Positions 31,163 to 41,526 of a stretch of DNA of 64,000 nucleotides are shown in pieces (the first letter of the stretch is position 1; each line of letters starts with the position of its first letter). Below the pieces are notes generated by a model. That model ran no database searches, had not been told where the DNA came from, and was given only the letters and a program-made list of their open reading frames with translations. The translations under genes were made by a program, and so were the position numbers. Source of the DNA: an uncultured bacterium (GTDB lineage Bacteria; Bacillota_I; Bacilli_A; RFN20; CAG-826); assembly GCA_949291375.1 (NCBI GenBank), contig CASEVI010000001.1, positions 2,967 through 66,966 on the forward strand, read 5' to 3'.

Positions 31163-31457
31163 ATTTAATAAGAATTCTTCATCAAGAACAGAAAATGCTA
31201 ATTAAATATAAAATTTTTTAAATGATTTAATACAAACAAAGTTCAGCTTTTAATTGTTTTTTTATTATTTTTCCATTTAAATTATGTTCATTAATTTCAA
31301 CAACTCCTACTTTCAGATTAAATCCACGATAAATTAACCCATTATAAATAATGTTTTCCATTAAATGAATTTCCTTAAAATGTCTAAAATTTAATTTTTG
31401 CATTTTTTATACTTGTTATCATATTTACAATATGTTGTTCTTTTCGATAATAAAAAT

Positions 31458-32726
31458 TTATTCAATAATTTTAGCTAATCCACCTTCACTAGTCTCTTTA
31501 TATTCTGGATTTAAATCATCTCCAGTTTGTTTCATAGCTTTTAAAACATCATCAAAAGAGACTTTGTTTTTTCTTAATGGAGCAATATTTTTTGCATATA
31601 AATATGCTGCTTCGCTTCTTAAAACACCAATTCCATTTCTTTCAATACAAGGAATTTGAACATATCCTTTAACAGGATCACAAGTTAACCCTAAAAAGTG
31701 TTCTAAAGCAGCTTCGCTAGCATATTCTATTTGATAAATACTTAAATCATTTAAATAAGCTAAAATAGCTGCACCCATGGAACTAGCTACTCCTATTTCA
31801 GCTTGACATCCACTAACCGCTCCACTAATTGAAGCGTTTTCCTTTGCTAATGATGCAAATAAAGCACCTACCTTTAAAGAGTCTATTAATTTTCTATCAT
31901 CAAATTTTAAAATATTTTTATAATAATACATTATTGAAGGGATAATTCCTGCGCTTCCACAAGTAGGAGCTGTAACAATCATTTTTCCACTCGCATTTTC
32001 TTCAGCAACACTATATGCAAAGCTAGTTAAAAGCATCTCTTTCTTTTCACCATCATTTGTAATATTAATAGTGTTTTTATATAACTCTTTAGCTACTCTT
32101 TTTAAATGTAATGAACCTGGAAGATAATCTTCTTTACTATTTAAACCATTATCTACACTATTAATCATTTGATCTAATATTCCTTTAAGATAAATATTTA
32201 TATCTTTTTCTTCATATTTATCGATTAATTCATTAATCGATAAATTATTATCTTTTAGATAAGATTTAACTTCATTAAATGAAGAAAAAGGATAAATATA
32301 TTCATTATTTTTATTATTTTCATTATTAATAGTTAAACTATTTTTTCTTAATTCTCCTCCACCAATAGAAAAATATAAATCTTGTTTAATTAAATTATTA
32401 TCTTTATCAAATGATTCAAATTTCATCGTATTAGGATGAATTAATTTTTCTATTGGTGTAGCAATATCAAAAATAACCTTATTATTCTTATTATCTAAAG
32501 AAAAATCTTTAAATACTTTAATAATTATTTTATCGGTTAAATGTCCTTTACCAGTTAATGCTAAAGAGCCATATAAAGTAACATGAAAATATGATATTTT
32601 ATCGCGTAAAAAAGTATCATTTTTTAGCGATAAAATAAAATCAGTTGCTGCTTTAAAAGGAGCAATAGTATGAGATGATGAAGGTCCTGGACCAACTATA
32701 TAAACATTTTTAATAGACTTTAACAT
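31458..32726 (-). CDS. sdaA: L-serine dehydratase, Fe-S dependent, single chain
   Basis: GPGPSSSHT, LYGSLALTGKGH, VTAPTCGSAG, GCQAEIG, LGLTCDPV, PCIERN, YKETSEGGLA. Confidence 0.93.
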   Translation of the reverse strand: MLKSIKNVYIVGPGPSSSHTIAPFKAATDFILSLKNDTFLRDKISYFHVTLYGSLALTGKGHLTDKIIIKVFKDFSLDNKNNKVIFDIATPIEKLIHPNTMKFESFDKDNNLIKQDLYFSIGGGELRKNSLTINNENNKNNEYIYPFSSFNEVKSYLKDNNLSINELIDKYEEKDINIYLKGILDQMINSVDNGLNSKEDYLPGSLHLKRVAKELYKNTINITNDGEKKEMLLTSFAYSVAEENASGKMIVTAPTCGSAGIIPSIMYYYKNILKFDDRKLIDSLKVGALFASLAKENASISGAVSGCQAEIGVASSMGAAILAYLNDLSIYQIEYASEAALEHFLGLTCDPVKGYVQIPCIERNGIGVLRSEAAYLYAKNIAPLRKNKVSFDDVLKAMKQTGDDLNPEYKETSEGGLAKIIE

Positions 32727-32743
32727 ATAAGAATATTTTTATT

Positions 32744-32974
32744 TTAAAAATTCATTAATTCTTCTAAAGAAACATCATATCCTTCACTAAGCTTATATAA
32801 AACTTTTAACGAGGGATTTTTTCTTCCATTTTCTAAATCAGATAAATAATGTTGATTTAACTCACATAAAAGCGCAGCTTTTTCTTGAGTTAAATAATTA
32901 TTTATCCTTATTTCTTTAATATGTTTTCCAAATTTTTTTAATAATATCGTTTCAAAATAAATATCTCTTTCCAT
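32744..32974 (-). CDS. XRE-family HTH protein
   Basis: LTQEKAA...YLSDLENGRKNPSL. Confidence 0.85.
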   Translation of the reverse strand: MERDIYFETILLKKFGKHIKEIRINNYLTQEKAALLCELNQHYLSDLENGRKNPSLKVLYKLSEGYDVSLEELMNF

Positions 32975-32995
32975 AACTAAATATATTTTAATACA

Positions 32996-33979
32996 TTAAT
33001 CTTTAAATTTTTCGCCCATTTCTCTAATTTTAATAACTAAATGATTAATATTAGATTTAGAGATTGGTTTAGATAGTTTTTCACTTAAAAGCATGGCTAA
33101 ATCACTATAAGAACTTTCAGGATTTTCTTTTCTTAAATAACAAAGCTCTCTTAGTTTTTCATTATTGATGTTTTTTATACCTAATTTTTTATCGATTAAA
33201 TTAATTATATTAATTAATTCTTCACTATTTTTAATTACTTTTTTATAGTTATAAATATCTAAATTCTCTTGACGATTAACATTATTTTTTACATCTCTAT
33301 CTAATCTATAACCTTCATAAATTAAAGAAGATTGATTAGCATCCATATATGCTAAAAAAGATGCTATTTGATCACTTCTTTTTAAATATAAAACATAGTT
33401 ATTTCGTCTTTTTATCATTTTAAAATCAAAAGGATATACTTTTATCTTATTTTTTATTAAAGATAATATATTTTTTGAATATTTTTCATCATGAGTATAA
33501 ATTTCGAAATGATAATTACTTGATTTAGGATTAGAACAACTTCCACTAACTAAAAATAATCCAACAATATATCCTCTTATTTTCTTTTCACTATTAGTTA
33601 ATAAATAAGGTATTTTATCATCTAAATTAAATATCGATAATTCATTAATCACTTCATCTATAGAAGAAAGAATATTAATAATATATTCATAAGATTTATT
33701 AAATCTCATATTTTTTCGATATGAAAAAGAAAGTTTTATATTAAAAGAAGAGAATACTTCTTTTAATAACTTATATATAAATTTAGCTATTTTAGCATTT
33801 TCTGTTTTAACTATTATTCTTTCTTCATTTTTACTTAAGATTAATTCTCCATTACATCTTAAAAATGAAGAAAGAAGGGAAGTAGCAACTTCTTTAGAAT
33901 ATTCTAAAGAAGTTAATTCTTCCTTTATTTCTTTAGAAAAAGATTCTTTTTTAATATTTTCTATTTTATTTTCTTCCAT
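32996..33979 (-). CDS. whiA: DNA-binding protein WhiA
   Basis: SFSKEIKEEL, GLFLVSGSCSNPKSSNYHFEI, YLKRSDQIASFL, NNVNRQEN, C-terminal ISKSNINH. Confidence 0.9.
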   Translation of the reverse strand: MEENKIENIKKESFSKEIKEELTSLEYSKEVATSLLSSFLRCNGELILSKNEERIIVKTENAKIAKFIYKLLKEVFSSFNIKLSFSYRKNMRFNKSYEYIINILSSIDEVINELSIFNLDDKIPYLLTNSEKKIRGYIVGLFLVSGSCSNPKSSNYHFEIYTHDEKYSKNILSLIKNKIKVYPFDFKMIKRRNNYVLYLKRSDQIASFLAYMDANQSSLIYEGYRLDRDVKNNVNRQENLDIYNYKKVIKNSEELINIINLIDKKLGIKNINNEKLRELCYLRKENPESSYSDLAMLLSEKLSKPISKSNINHLVIKIREMGEKFKD

Positions 33980-34008
33980 ATATATAACTATTAATTATTA
34001 TTATTTTA

Positions 34009-34674
34009 TTATTTTATAGATAAATAATAAGAATAAAAATCATCCCAATCTTTAGCTTTATATACATAAGAAATATTATCTATATTTATTCTTTTATGCA
34101 TAGTAAATATTACTCCTTTAATAGAAGCATTTTTACTTCCTAAAGCATCATAAGAAGTATCTCCAATCATCATCATCTCTTCATTTTTTAACTTATATTT
34201 ATCTTTTAAATAAAATATAGCTTCTGGAGATGGTTTAGGAGGGAAAATAGAATCACATGTAATTAAATCTTTAAAATATTTTCTTAAATGAAACCTTTTT
34301 AAACAAAATTCAGTCATTTCTAGTGTTTTAGAAGTTAAAACACATAAAATAACTCCATCTTCATATAATTTTTTTATTACCTTTTTAGAATGCTTAAAAA
34401 TTGAAAGATCATAATCATAATATTTTTTAGTTCTTTTTCGATATTCTTTTCTTATAAATTCTTTATCTTCATAATCTTTAAAAGCATCATTAATCGCATA
34501 AGAAAGAGGAGGTCCACTATATTCAGCAATTTTTTCTCTATCAAATTTTTCATTATTTTTATATAAAGAAAAAAGTTCTTCCCAAGTTTTAATAAGAATT
34601 AAATCGGTATCGATTATCGTACCATCCATGTCAAAAATCATTAATTTAATCATTTCTTTTCTCTTTAGTTTCAT
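34009..34674 (-). CDS. HAD-family phosphatase (PpaX-like)
   Basis: FDMDGT, TSK, KPSP, IGDTSYD; sits after lgt as in Bacilli. Confidence 0.85.
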   Translation of the reverse strand: MKLKRKEMIKLMIFDMDGTIIDTDLILIKTWEELFSLYKNNEKFDREKIAEYSGPPLSYAINDAFKDYEDKEFIRKEYRKRTKKYYDYDLSIFKHSKKVIKKLYEDGVILCVLTSKTLEMTEFCLKRFHLRKYFKDLITCDSIFPPKPSPEAIFYLKDKYKLKNEEMMMIGDTSYDALGSKNASIKGVIFTMHKRINIDNISYVYKAKDWDDFYSYYLSIK

Positions 34675-36130
34675 CTAGATTAATTGGCAAATTTTTATAC
34701 CATAAAAGTCTTTTTGTTTTTATTACATATTTATTAATATAAGCTAAAATTACGATTAAAGCTCCTCCACTAATCATTACATAAGAGGTAATTTCACTAG
34801 TTCCATAATAATCAGCCGAAGTTCTTAAAGGTTCTAAAATTGCTCTTGTAATTCCATACCAAATTAAATATCCACCTAAAAGTGAACCTTCAGCATGATA
34901 TTTCCCAAGTAATTTTCTAATTCCATATTCTAAAATAAAATATCCAACTAAATTAGATAAAAATTCTATAAAAAATAAAGGCATATAGAATTTTCCATTT
35001 TCTAAATAATAATTTAACGCTTCACTTCCGGAAATTACCATTCCACTATCAAGTTTATAAGATAAAATTTCTCCATGTTGGAAATACATATTATTTTTAA
35101 TCCAAGTAGGTAAAAATTCCCAGCTAGAAATATCAACTAATCCTCCATAAACTTCATTATTAAAGAAATTTCCAATTCTTCCAATTGCTTGAGCAAATAA
35201 AATACATGGGATAATAATATCAATGGCAGTTAACATATTAAAATGTTTATAACGAGGTGATTTCATCGCATATTTAACAATTAATACTTGGCTAACACCA
35301 GCAATAATTCCTAAAATTGCGCCACCCATAATTCCTAAACCACCATCTCTAAAATTAAAGATATTAGTCCAATTACTTCCTAAAAAATAATCACTTCCAG
35401 TGGAAATATCTAAAACAACATACCAAAGTCTTGCACCAATAATTCCAAAAGGAAAACCAATGAGGAAAGTATTTGTAATTAAATCATGACTTCCATAAAT
35501 TTTATATAACTTATAATCACAAACATATAAAACTAAGCATGCTCCAAAAAGAATAAATATTGCATATAAATAAATTGATAAGCCATCTTGATAAAGCTTG
35601 CCATATTCATAAACATTAATTAATTTTATTCCTTGAGCCCCAAAATAAATCGCATTTGCTAAAGGATATTCTAAATAAGGTGCATTTCCTTCTCCCCATA
35701 AAAAGAAAAAGACAATAGTTAAAGCTAAACTTATTCCAACTGAATAAGAAAATATTTTTTGATTTACTTCTATTTTTTCAATATATAACTTAACAAATAA
35801 AGAATAAATGAATGTAGTTAAAGCTAAAGTAAAAAGCGGACCAAAAATATATACCATTGCCTGATGATAATTTTTAATTGTTATATTTGCTTCTTCTAAA
35901 AAACTAGATGTATATGGATCAATATAAAAAGCGAGATTTAAGAAAACTAAACCCAAAGTGAAAGCGATAGTTGAAACCATCAATTTAATCCAATTTTTCT
36001 TTAAAATATTTTTTAAAGAACTATAATTTTTCTCTTTCTTTTTAATTAAATACAAAAAGACAAAATTTGCGATAATTCCGCCTAAAAGTAATACTAATCC
36101 TATATAATAAATAATTTCATGTGCAATCAT
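34646..36130 (-). CDS. lgt: Prolipoprotein diacylglyceryl transferase with extra N-terminal TM region
   Basis: GIIGARLWYV, GGLGIMGG, AQAIGRIGNFFNNEVYG, YGITRAILEPLR. Confidence 0.9.
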   Translation of the reverse strand: MIAHEIIYYIGLVLLLGGIIANFVFLYLIKKKEKNYSSLKNILKKNWIKLMVSTIAFTLGLVFLNLAFYIDPYTSSFLEEANITIKNYHQAMVYIFGPLFTLALTTFIYSLFVKLYIEKIEVNQKIFSYSVGISLALTIVFFFLWGEGNAPYLEYPLANAIYFGAQGIKLINVYEYGKLYQDGLSIYLYAIFILFGACLVLYVCDYKLYKIYGSHDLITNTFLIGFPFGIIGARLWYVVLDISTGSDYFLGSNWTNIFNFRDGGLGIMGGAILGIIAGVSQVLIVKYAMKSPRYKHFNMLTAIDIIIPCILFAQAIGRIGNFFNNEVYGGLVDISSWEFLPTWIKNNMYFQHGEILSYKLDSGMVISGSEALNYYLENGKFYMPLFFIEFLSNLVGYFILEYGIRKLLGKYHAEGSLLGGYLIWYGITRAILEPLRTSADYYGTSEITSYVMISGGALIVILAYINKYVIKTKRLLWYKNLPINLDETKEKRND

Positions 36131-36171
36131 ACTTTTTATTCCTTATTTCATTGCTAATTTTATAATAAAAA

Positions 36172-39009
36172 CTATTTTTTGTCTCTTTCTAAAATTGGCT
36201 TTAAATATTCTCCAGTATAAGAGATTTTAGATTTAACAATTTCTTCAGGAGTTCCTTTTGCAATAATTTTTCCCCCCTTATCTCCCCCATCTGGACCAAT
36301 ATCGATAATATAATCAGCCATTTTAATAACATCCAAATTATGTTCAATAACTAAAACTGTATCACCATTATCAACAATTCCTTCTAATACTTTTAAAAGA
36401 CGAGCAACATCATCAGTATGTAATCCAGTTGTAGGTTCATCAAGAATATATAAAGTTTTTCCGGTAGGTTTTTTCTCTAAATAATAAGCAAGTTTAACTC
36501 TTTGAGCTTCTCCTCCTGAAAGAGTAACTGCACTTTGTCCTAATTTAATATAGCCTAACCCTACATCACATAAAGTTTTTAATTTTAATGCTAATTGAGT
36601 ATGGTTTTTAAAGAAATTATAAGCTTCTTCAGCTCTCATTTCTAAAATGTCGTATATATTTTTTCCCTTATATAAACATGACAAAGTTTCAGCATTATAT
36701 CTTTTACCATCACATTCATCACATTTTACATAAACATCAGGTAAGAAATTCATTGGAATTCTTGTTACACCTGCTCCTTGACAATGTTCACATCTTCCTC
36801 CTGGAAGATTAAATGAAAATCTAGATTTATTAAATCCTCTAGCTTTAGCTTCAACAGTTTGAGCAAAAATATCTCTAATATCATCAAAAGCTTTAATATA
36901 GGTAGCTGGATTAGATCTAGGTGTTTTTCCAATTGGTTCTTGAGAAATATTGATAATTTTATCAATATTTTCAACTCCATTTAATTCTTTATAAGGACCT
37001 GGATAAGTTTCAATATTTGATATTTTTTTATAAATTGCTCGATATAAAGTTTCATTAATTAAAGAAGATTTACCACTTCCACTAACTCCTGTAACGCAAA
37101 CAAAACAACCTAAAGGAACTTTAATATCAACATTTTTTAGGTTATTTAAACTTGCTCCTTTAAGTTCAACAAATTTTCCATTACCTTTTCTTCTTTTTTC
37201 TGGTACTAAAATCTTTTTTCTTCCTGAAAGATAAGCTCCAGTAATAGAAGAAGGATTATCTTCAATATCTTTTAAACTTCCAGAAGCAACAACTTCTCCT
37301 CCATGGACTCCAGCTCCTGGACCAATATCTACAATATAATCAGCTGCTTTAATCATTTCATCATCATGTTCAACGACGATTAAAGTATTACCTAAATCTC
37401 TCATTTCTTTTAAAGAGGCGATAAGTTTAGCGCTATCTTTTTGATGTAAACCAATTGAAGGTTCATCTAAAACATATAAAACTCCACTTAATTTTGATCC
37501 AATTTGAGTAGCTAGTCTAATTCTTTGAGCCTCTCCTCCAGAAAGAGTCATCGCATAACGAGAAAGAGTTAAATATTCTAATCCTACATCAATTAAAAAT
37601 TGACTTCTATTTAATATTTCATTAATAACTAATGTTGCAATATTTAATTCATATTCACTTAATTTAGTTTTTAAAGATAAAACCCATTCATGTAATTTAT
37701 CTAAAGTTAAACAGCAAACATCATAAATATTTTTCCCATCAATTAAAACACTTAAAACTTCTTTATTTAATCTAGCTCCATTACATTCGCTGCAAATTCT
37801 ATCTTTTAAAAATTTAGCGTAATAAGCTCTATTAAATTCACTAGTTGTTTCATTATAAAGTCGTTCAATTCTTTCTTTTACACCTTCAATATGCCCGTTT
37901 TTCTTTTGAACATTTCCACTTATTGAAGTTAAAGTATAAGAAATGTTTTCTTTTGAACCATTTAAAATAATATCAACTTGTTCTTTATTTAAATCTTTAA
38001 AAGGAATGTTAGTAGGAATATGATAGTAATCTAAAAGAGCTTTAAAACTAAGCCAATCTAAATTTGTCGAATTAACGGTATTTTTATAATAAAGAATTGC
38101 TCCTTCATCGATTGATAAAGAAGGATCTGGAACCAATAAATCTAAACTAACTTCTTGTTTAATCCCTAGTCCATTACATGAATGGCAACAACCTAAAGGA
38201 TTATTAAAAGAAAATAATCTTGGTTCTAATTTTGGAATAGTAAATCCACAAATTGGACAAGCATTTTTTTCACTATATAATTTTTCAACTCCATTTATAT
38301 CAACACTAACAAATCCATTAGACCAGTTAGTAGCAAGTTCAACATCTTCAAAAAGTCTGGAATCAATTCCTTCTTTTCTAACAATTCTATCAATAACTAT
38401 ATCGATATTGTGTTTATTATTTTTAATAAGTTCTCCTACTTCCTCAATTCTTTTAATTTCTCCATCAACTCTAACACGAATAAAACCATTTTTAGCGATT
38501 TTCTCTAAAATAGCTTTGTGAGTACCTTTTTCATTTTTAACTATTGGAGAAAAAATAATTATTTTACTTCCAATTTCACTTTTTAAAATAATATCAACGA
38601 TTTTAGTAATTGAAAAAGCAACGATTGGTTCATGATGATGCGGACAATAAGGAACCCCAACTCTTGAAAAAAGCAATCTTAAATAATCATAAATTTCCGT
38701 AACTGTTCCAACAGTTGATCTAGGGTTATGAGATGTTGATTTTTGATCAATTGAAATCGAAGGAGATAATCCTTCAATTGATTCAACATCTGGTTTTTCA
38801 TAATTACCTAAAAATTGACGAGCATATGAAGATAATGACTCAACATATCTTCTTTGACCTTCAGCAAAAATAGTATCAAAAGCAAGGGTAGATTTACCAC
38901 TTCCACTAACGCCACTAAAAACAATTAATTTATTTTTTGGTAAATTTAAATCTATATTTTTAAGGTTGTTTTCTTTAGCCCCTTTTATTCTAATTTCATC
39001 GTTTTGCAT
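36172..39009 (-). CDS. uvrA: Excinuclease ABC subunit A
   Basis: Two ABC cassettes (GVSGSGKS, LSGGEAQR, LDEP) and zinc fingers. Confidence 0.97.
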   Translation of the reverse strand: MQNDEIRIKGAKENNLKNIDLNLPKNKLIVFSGVSGSGKSTLAFDTIFAEGQRRYVESLSSYARQFLGNYEKPDVESIEGLSPSISIDQKSTSHNPRSTVGTVTEIYDYLRLLFSRVGVPYCPHHHEPIVAFSITKIVDIILKSEIGSKIIIFSPIVKNEKGTHKAILEKIAKNGFIRVRVDGEIKRIEEVGELIKNNKHNIDIVIDRIVRKEGIDSRLFEDVELATNWSNGFVSVDINGVEKLYSEKNACPICGFTIPKLEPRLFSFNNPLGCCHSCNGLGIKQEVSLDLLVPDPSLSIDEGAILYYKNTVNSTNLDWLSFKALLDYYHIPTNIPFKDLNKEQVDIILNGSKENISYTLTSISGNVQKKNGHIEGVKERIERLYNETTSEFNRAYYAKFLKDRICSECNGARLNKEVLSVLIDGKNIYDVCCLTLDKLHEWVLSLKTKLSEYELNIATLVINEILNRSQFLIDVGLEYLTLSRYAMTLSGGEAQRIRLATQIGSKLSGVLYVLDEPSIGLHQKDSAKLIASLKEMRDLGNTLIVVEHDDEMIKAADYIVDIGPGAGVHGGEVVASGSLKDIEDNPSSITGAYLSGRKKILVPEKRRKGNGKFVELKGASLNNLKNVDIKVPLGCFVCVTGVSGSGKSSLINETLYRAIYKKISNIETYPGPYKELNGVENIDKIINISQEPIGKTPRSNPATYIKAFDDIRDIFAQTVEAKARGFNKSRFSFNLPGGRCEHCQGAGVTRIPMNFLPDVYVKCDECDGKRYNAETLSCLYKGKNIYDILEMRAEEAYNFFKNHTQLALKLKTLCDVGLGYIKLGQSAVTLSGGEAQRVKLAYYLEKKPTGKTLYILDEPTTGLHTDDVARLLKVLEGIVDNGDTVLVIEHNLDVIKMADYIIDIGPDGGDKGGKIIAKGTPEEIVKSKISYTGEYLKPILERDKK

Positions 39010-39117
39010 ACAAGATAAAATTATACATTTTTTTAAGTCTTTTAAAAGTAATACGAATATAAAATATAAAATTAAGATAAATAAAAAATTTTAATAAGAA
39101 TTAACATTTAATTAACG

Positions 39118-39440
39118 TTAATTTTTTAAACAAACTAGTGGAACAACACAAACACCATCTTCTCTTTTATGGGCAAACTTCGCTATTGTAATAACCATTT
39201 TAAATACTGACTTTATATCTAAATCATTACTTAAAGTATTTAATTTATCGGAAGCTTCCTTTATAGAATCATCGTTTCCTAATTTTATTTCAATTAAACC
39301 AAAGTTTTTATTTTAAAAAACAACAATAACAACATCTACTTCTCATCTCTATAGTGAAAAATCTTAGCTCCAATAGTTCAGCGTAGACTTTTAAATCTCT
39401 TATTCTCAACGATTCAAATAAAAAGTAAAAAAGTTTTGAA
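39118..39440 (-). pseudogene. Remnant C-terminus of an AAA ATPase/DUF4143 protein
   Basis: Manual translation across frameshifts and a stop: FLFESLRIRDLKVYAEL..HYRDE..VDVIVV..FGLIEIKLG..KREDGVCVVPLVCLKN*. Confidence 0.65.
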
Positions 39441-39844
39441 ATATAATCTTTTTCCATGATTCAATTTTAACGATAATTATCGAAAATATTAACAATAATC
39501 GATAATTTGGAATTCTTTAAACTTAGCGGGGATAAGAAAAAATTATAAAAATTGCAATTCCCCCTTTTTATTTAAAGTTTATTAAAATTTTAAAAAGATT
39601 AATAAAGTTATGAAAATAACTAAAATTGTAATTTATGGTTGTTGAAAGATATTGATAATGAAAAAGGAAGTATTGTAATTGGGGAAAAAGAAAATTAATA
39701 TTATTTTAACAGAGTCATTATTTTAACAACTTAATTGATAATGTATCGTATTGATATACTAAAAATTTTACGAATTTTAAGCAAAATATAAGATTAGATA
39801 TATAATGTAAAAAAATGTTAATATTCCTTTAAATTCATTTTTTA

Positions 39845-40636
39845 ATGGAAATCACGCGTTATAATTTTTTATATATGAAAAAAATATTGTTAATATTTTC
39901 TTTATCATTATCTTATGCTGTTAAAATTAACAAACAAGAAAATAATAACGATTTTATCCTAGCTAAATTTACACCAATTCAGCAAAGTATTTCTTTTATG
40001 GCTGATAATATTTCTGAATCTAAACCTATCTCTTTGTTTTATACTAATGAATTATTGATTTTTGAGGGAGATAAGGTTATTGAAAGAAGAATTAACTACA
40101 ATCCTTTTAAAGAAGATAAGTTTAAAGAATCGAGTGGTTTCATTTATTTTGAAACATATATTTACTATATTACCGAGTCAAATAATCAAAAATATTTTAG
40201 AGTTTTTATTAGAGCAACAACTCAAAAAACTTTTTGGCAACTCAGTAATGATTATTTCGGCGTGTCGACTTCATCAAATGCGATTTATAATGATAAATAT
40301 TTAGAACCAGGCTTAAACGTTCATCATATGACATACGATTTTAAAGTTCAGCACTCTTTTTATAATATAAAACCAACAGTTTATAGCAATTATGGTATAG
40401 TTACGAAATTTGATGTCACGTATCATAGAATATGCACTTTATTTAAAGTCGAACAAGTTTACTCCTTCTCGGCAAACAATGATTTTAATATTCTTTCCTG
40501 CTATATGCATGATAATAGAATGTTCCCAACAAATGTAAGTATTTGTATTGGGCCATTATCTTTCACAATTCCAAATGGAACTGTTACTCCTTATACAAGT
40601 AAGCCTATTTTTGTTGATTATGAAGAAGTCGTATAA
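39845..40636 (+). CDS. Hypothetical secreted beta-rich protein
   Basis: 263-aa ORF; likely start at MKKILLIFSLSLSYA (signal-like). Confidence 0.65.
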   Translation: MEITRYNFLYMKKILLIFSLSLSYAVKINKQENNNDFILAKFTPIQQSISFMADNISESKPISLFYTNELLIFEGDKVIERRINYNPFKEDKFKESSGFIYFETYIYYITESNNQKYFRVFIRATTQKTFWQLSNDYFGVSTSSNAIYNDKYLEPGLNVHHMTYDFKVQHSFYNIKPTVYSNYGIVTKFDVTYHRICTLFKVEQVYSFSANNDFNILSCYMHDNRMFPTNVSICIGPLSFTIPNGTVTPYTSKPIFVDYEEVV

Positions 40637-41102
40637 AATAGTTTTTTTAGTGTCCTTTTTTGTTTTAGTATCCTTTTCTTTTTTCTATCCTTTTTATTAT
40701 TTAAAAATCTCTTCTTTAGAAGATAATTCGACTTTTTATTTAACAATGCTTGGGATAATATATGTTAAAGGGCCGAATTAAGAAATTTTAAATTACAATC
40801 AAGTTATAGTTACTTCTTTAACGTTATTCCACATTTTATTCTCTTATTTCTTTATATATGCAGGTATAAAAAGTATCGTAAAAAAAGAAAAATTTGCTTT
40901 TGTTTATTTTGTTATAGACTATTTATTCTATCTTTTAATTCAATATGTTGAAGTATATAAAGCAATTGATTTTTCTTCTATAGCCACTGATATAGGTTTT
41001 TCGATTTCACAGTCTTTTACTTATCTCAATATTTTTGTTTTAATCGACTTATTTATTACATATTGTGTTTGTTATTTTACAAATAAGAAAAAAGATTTTT
41101 AA
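40620..41102 (+). pseudogene. ~160-aa, about 4-TM membrane protein interrupted by one in-frame TAA (40779-40781)
   Basis: MKKSYKIVFLVSFF...YVKGPN*EILNYNQVIVTSLTLFHILFSY...CYFTNKKKDF*; same frame stays open 106 codons past the TAA. Confidence 0.65.
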
Positions 41103-41357
41103 ATGGATATAAAAAGATTTGGAATTATTTATAATCCTTTCCAAAAAGAAACTAATGAATTTTTTATAAAGAATTCTAATTATAAAGAGATTTCATCTAA
41201 TTTAGATTACGAGATTCAAACAAAAGTAATTGCGCTAATTACAAAGGAACCGGGTTGTCAAAAGACGACTTATTTAAGAAAACACATTCGAGATTTGTCA
41301 AAACATCTATATAAATTCATTTATATTTCATCCTTAATCATCCTCTGTTTTATTTAA
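41103..41357 (+). pseudogene. Truncated ExeA-like AAA ATPase (transposon-associated type)
   Basis: FGIIYNPFQK, degenerate Walker A ITKEPGCQKTT, LYKFIYIS; ends early. Confidence 0.6.
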
Positions 41358-41475
41358 AATTTTTAAGCTCTTATTTTTCACATCCCCTATCATCCGGGAA
41401 ATTTAAAGAGCCTAATTTGGAAGGTTTTCAATCGAAAGTTTGGCAGTTTTATAATCGATAATTTGGAAAAAAAGA

Positions 41476-41502
41476 AAAGATGAGGATTTAAGTCCTCATC
41501 TT
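41476..41502 (-). terminator. Intrinsic terminator after adh
   Basis: AAAGATGAGGA-tttaag-TCCTCATCTTT stem with flanking A-tract. Confidence 0.75.
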
Positions 41503-41526
41503 TAGATTATAAATTTTATTATTTAA

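Larger units (their letters stand above)
39495..41468. mobile_element. Decayed cassette bounded by 18-bp direct repeats
   Basis: ATAATCGATAATTTGGAA at 39495-39512 and 41451-41468; encloses accessory and broken genes including an ExeA-like fragment. Confidence 0.55.
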
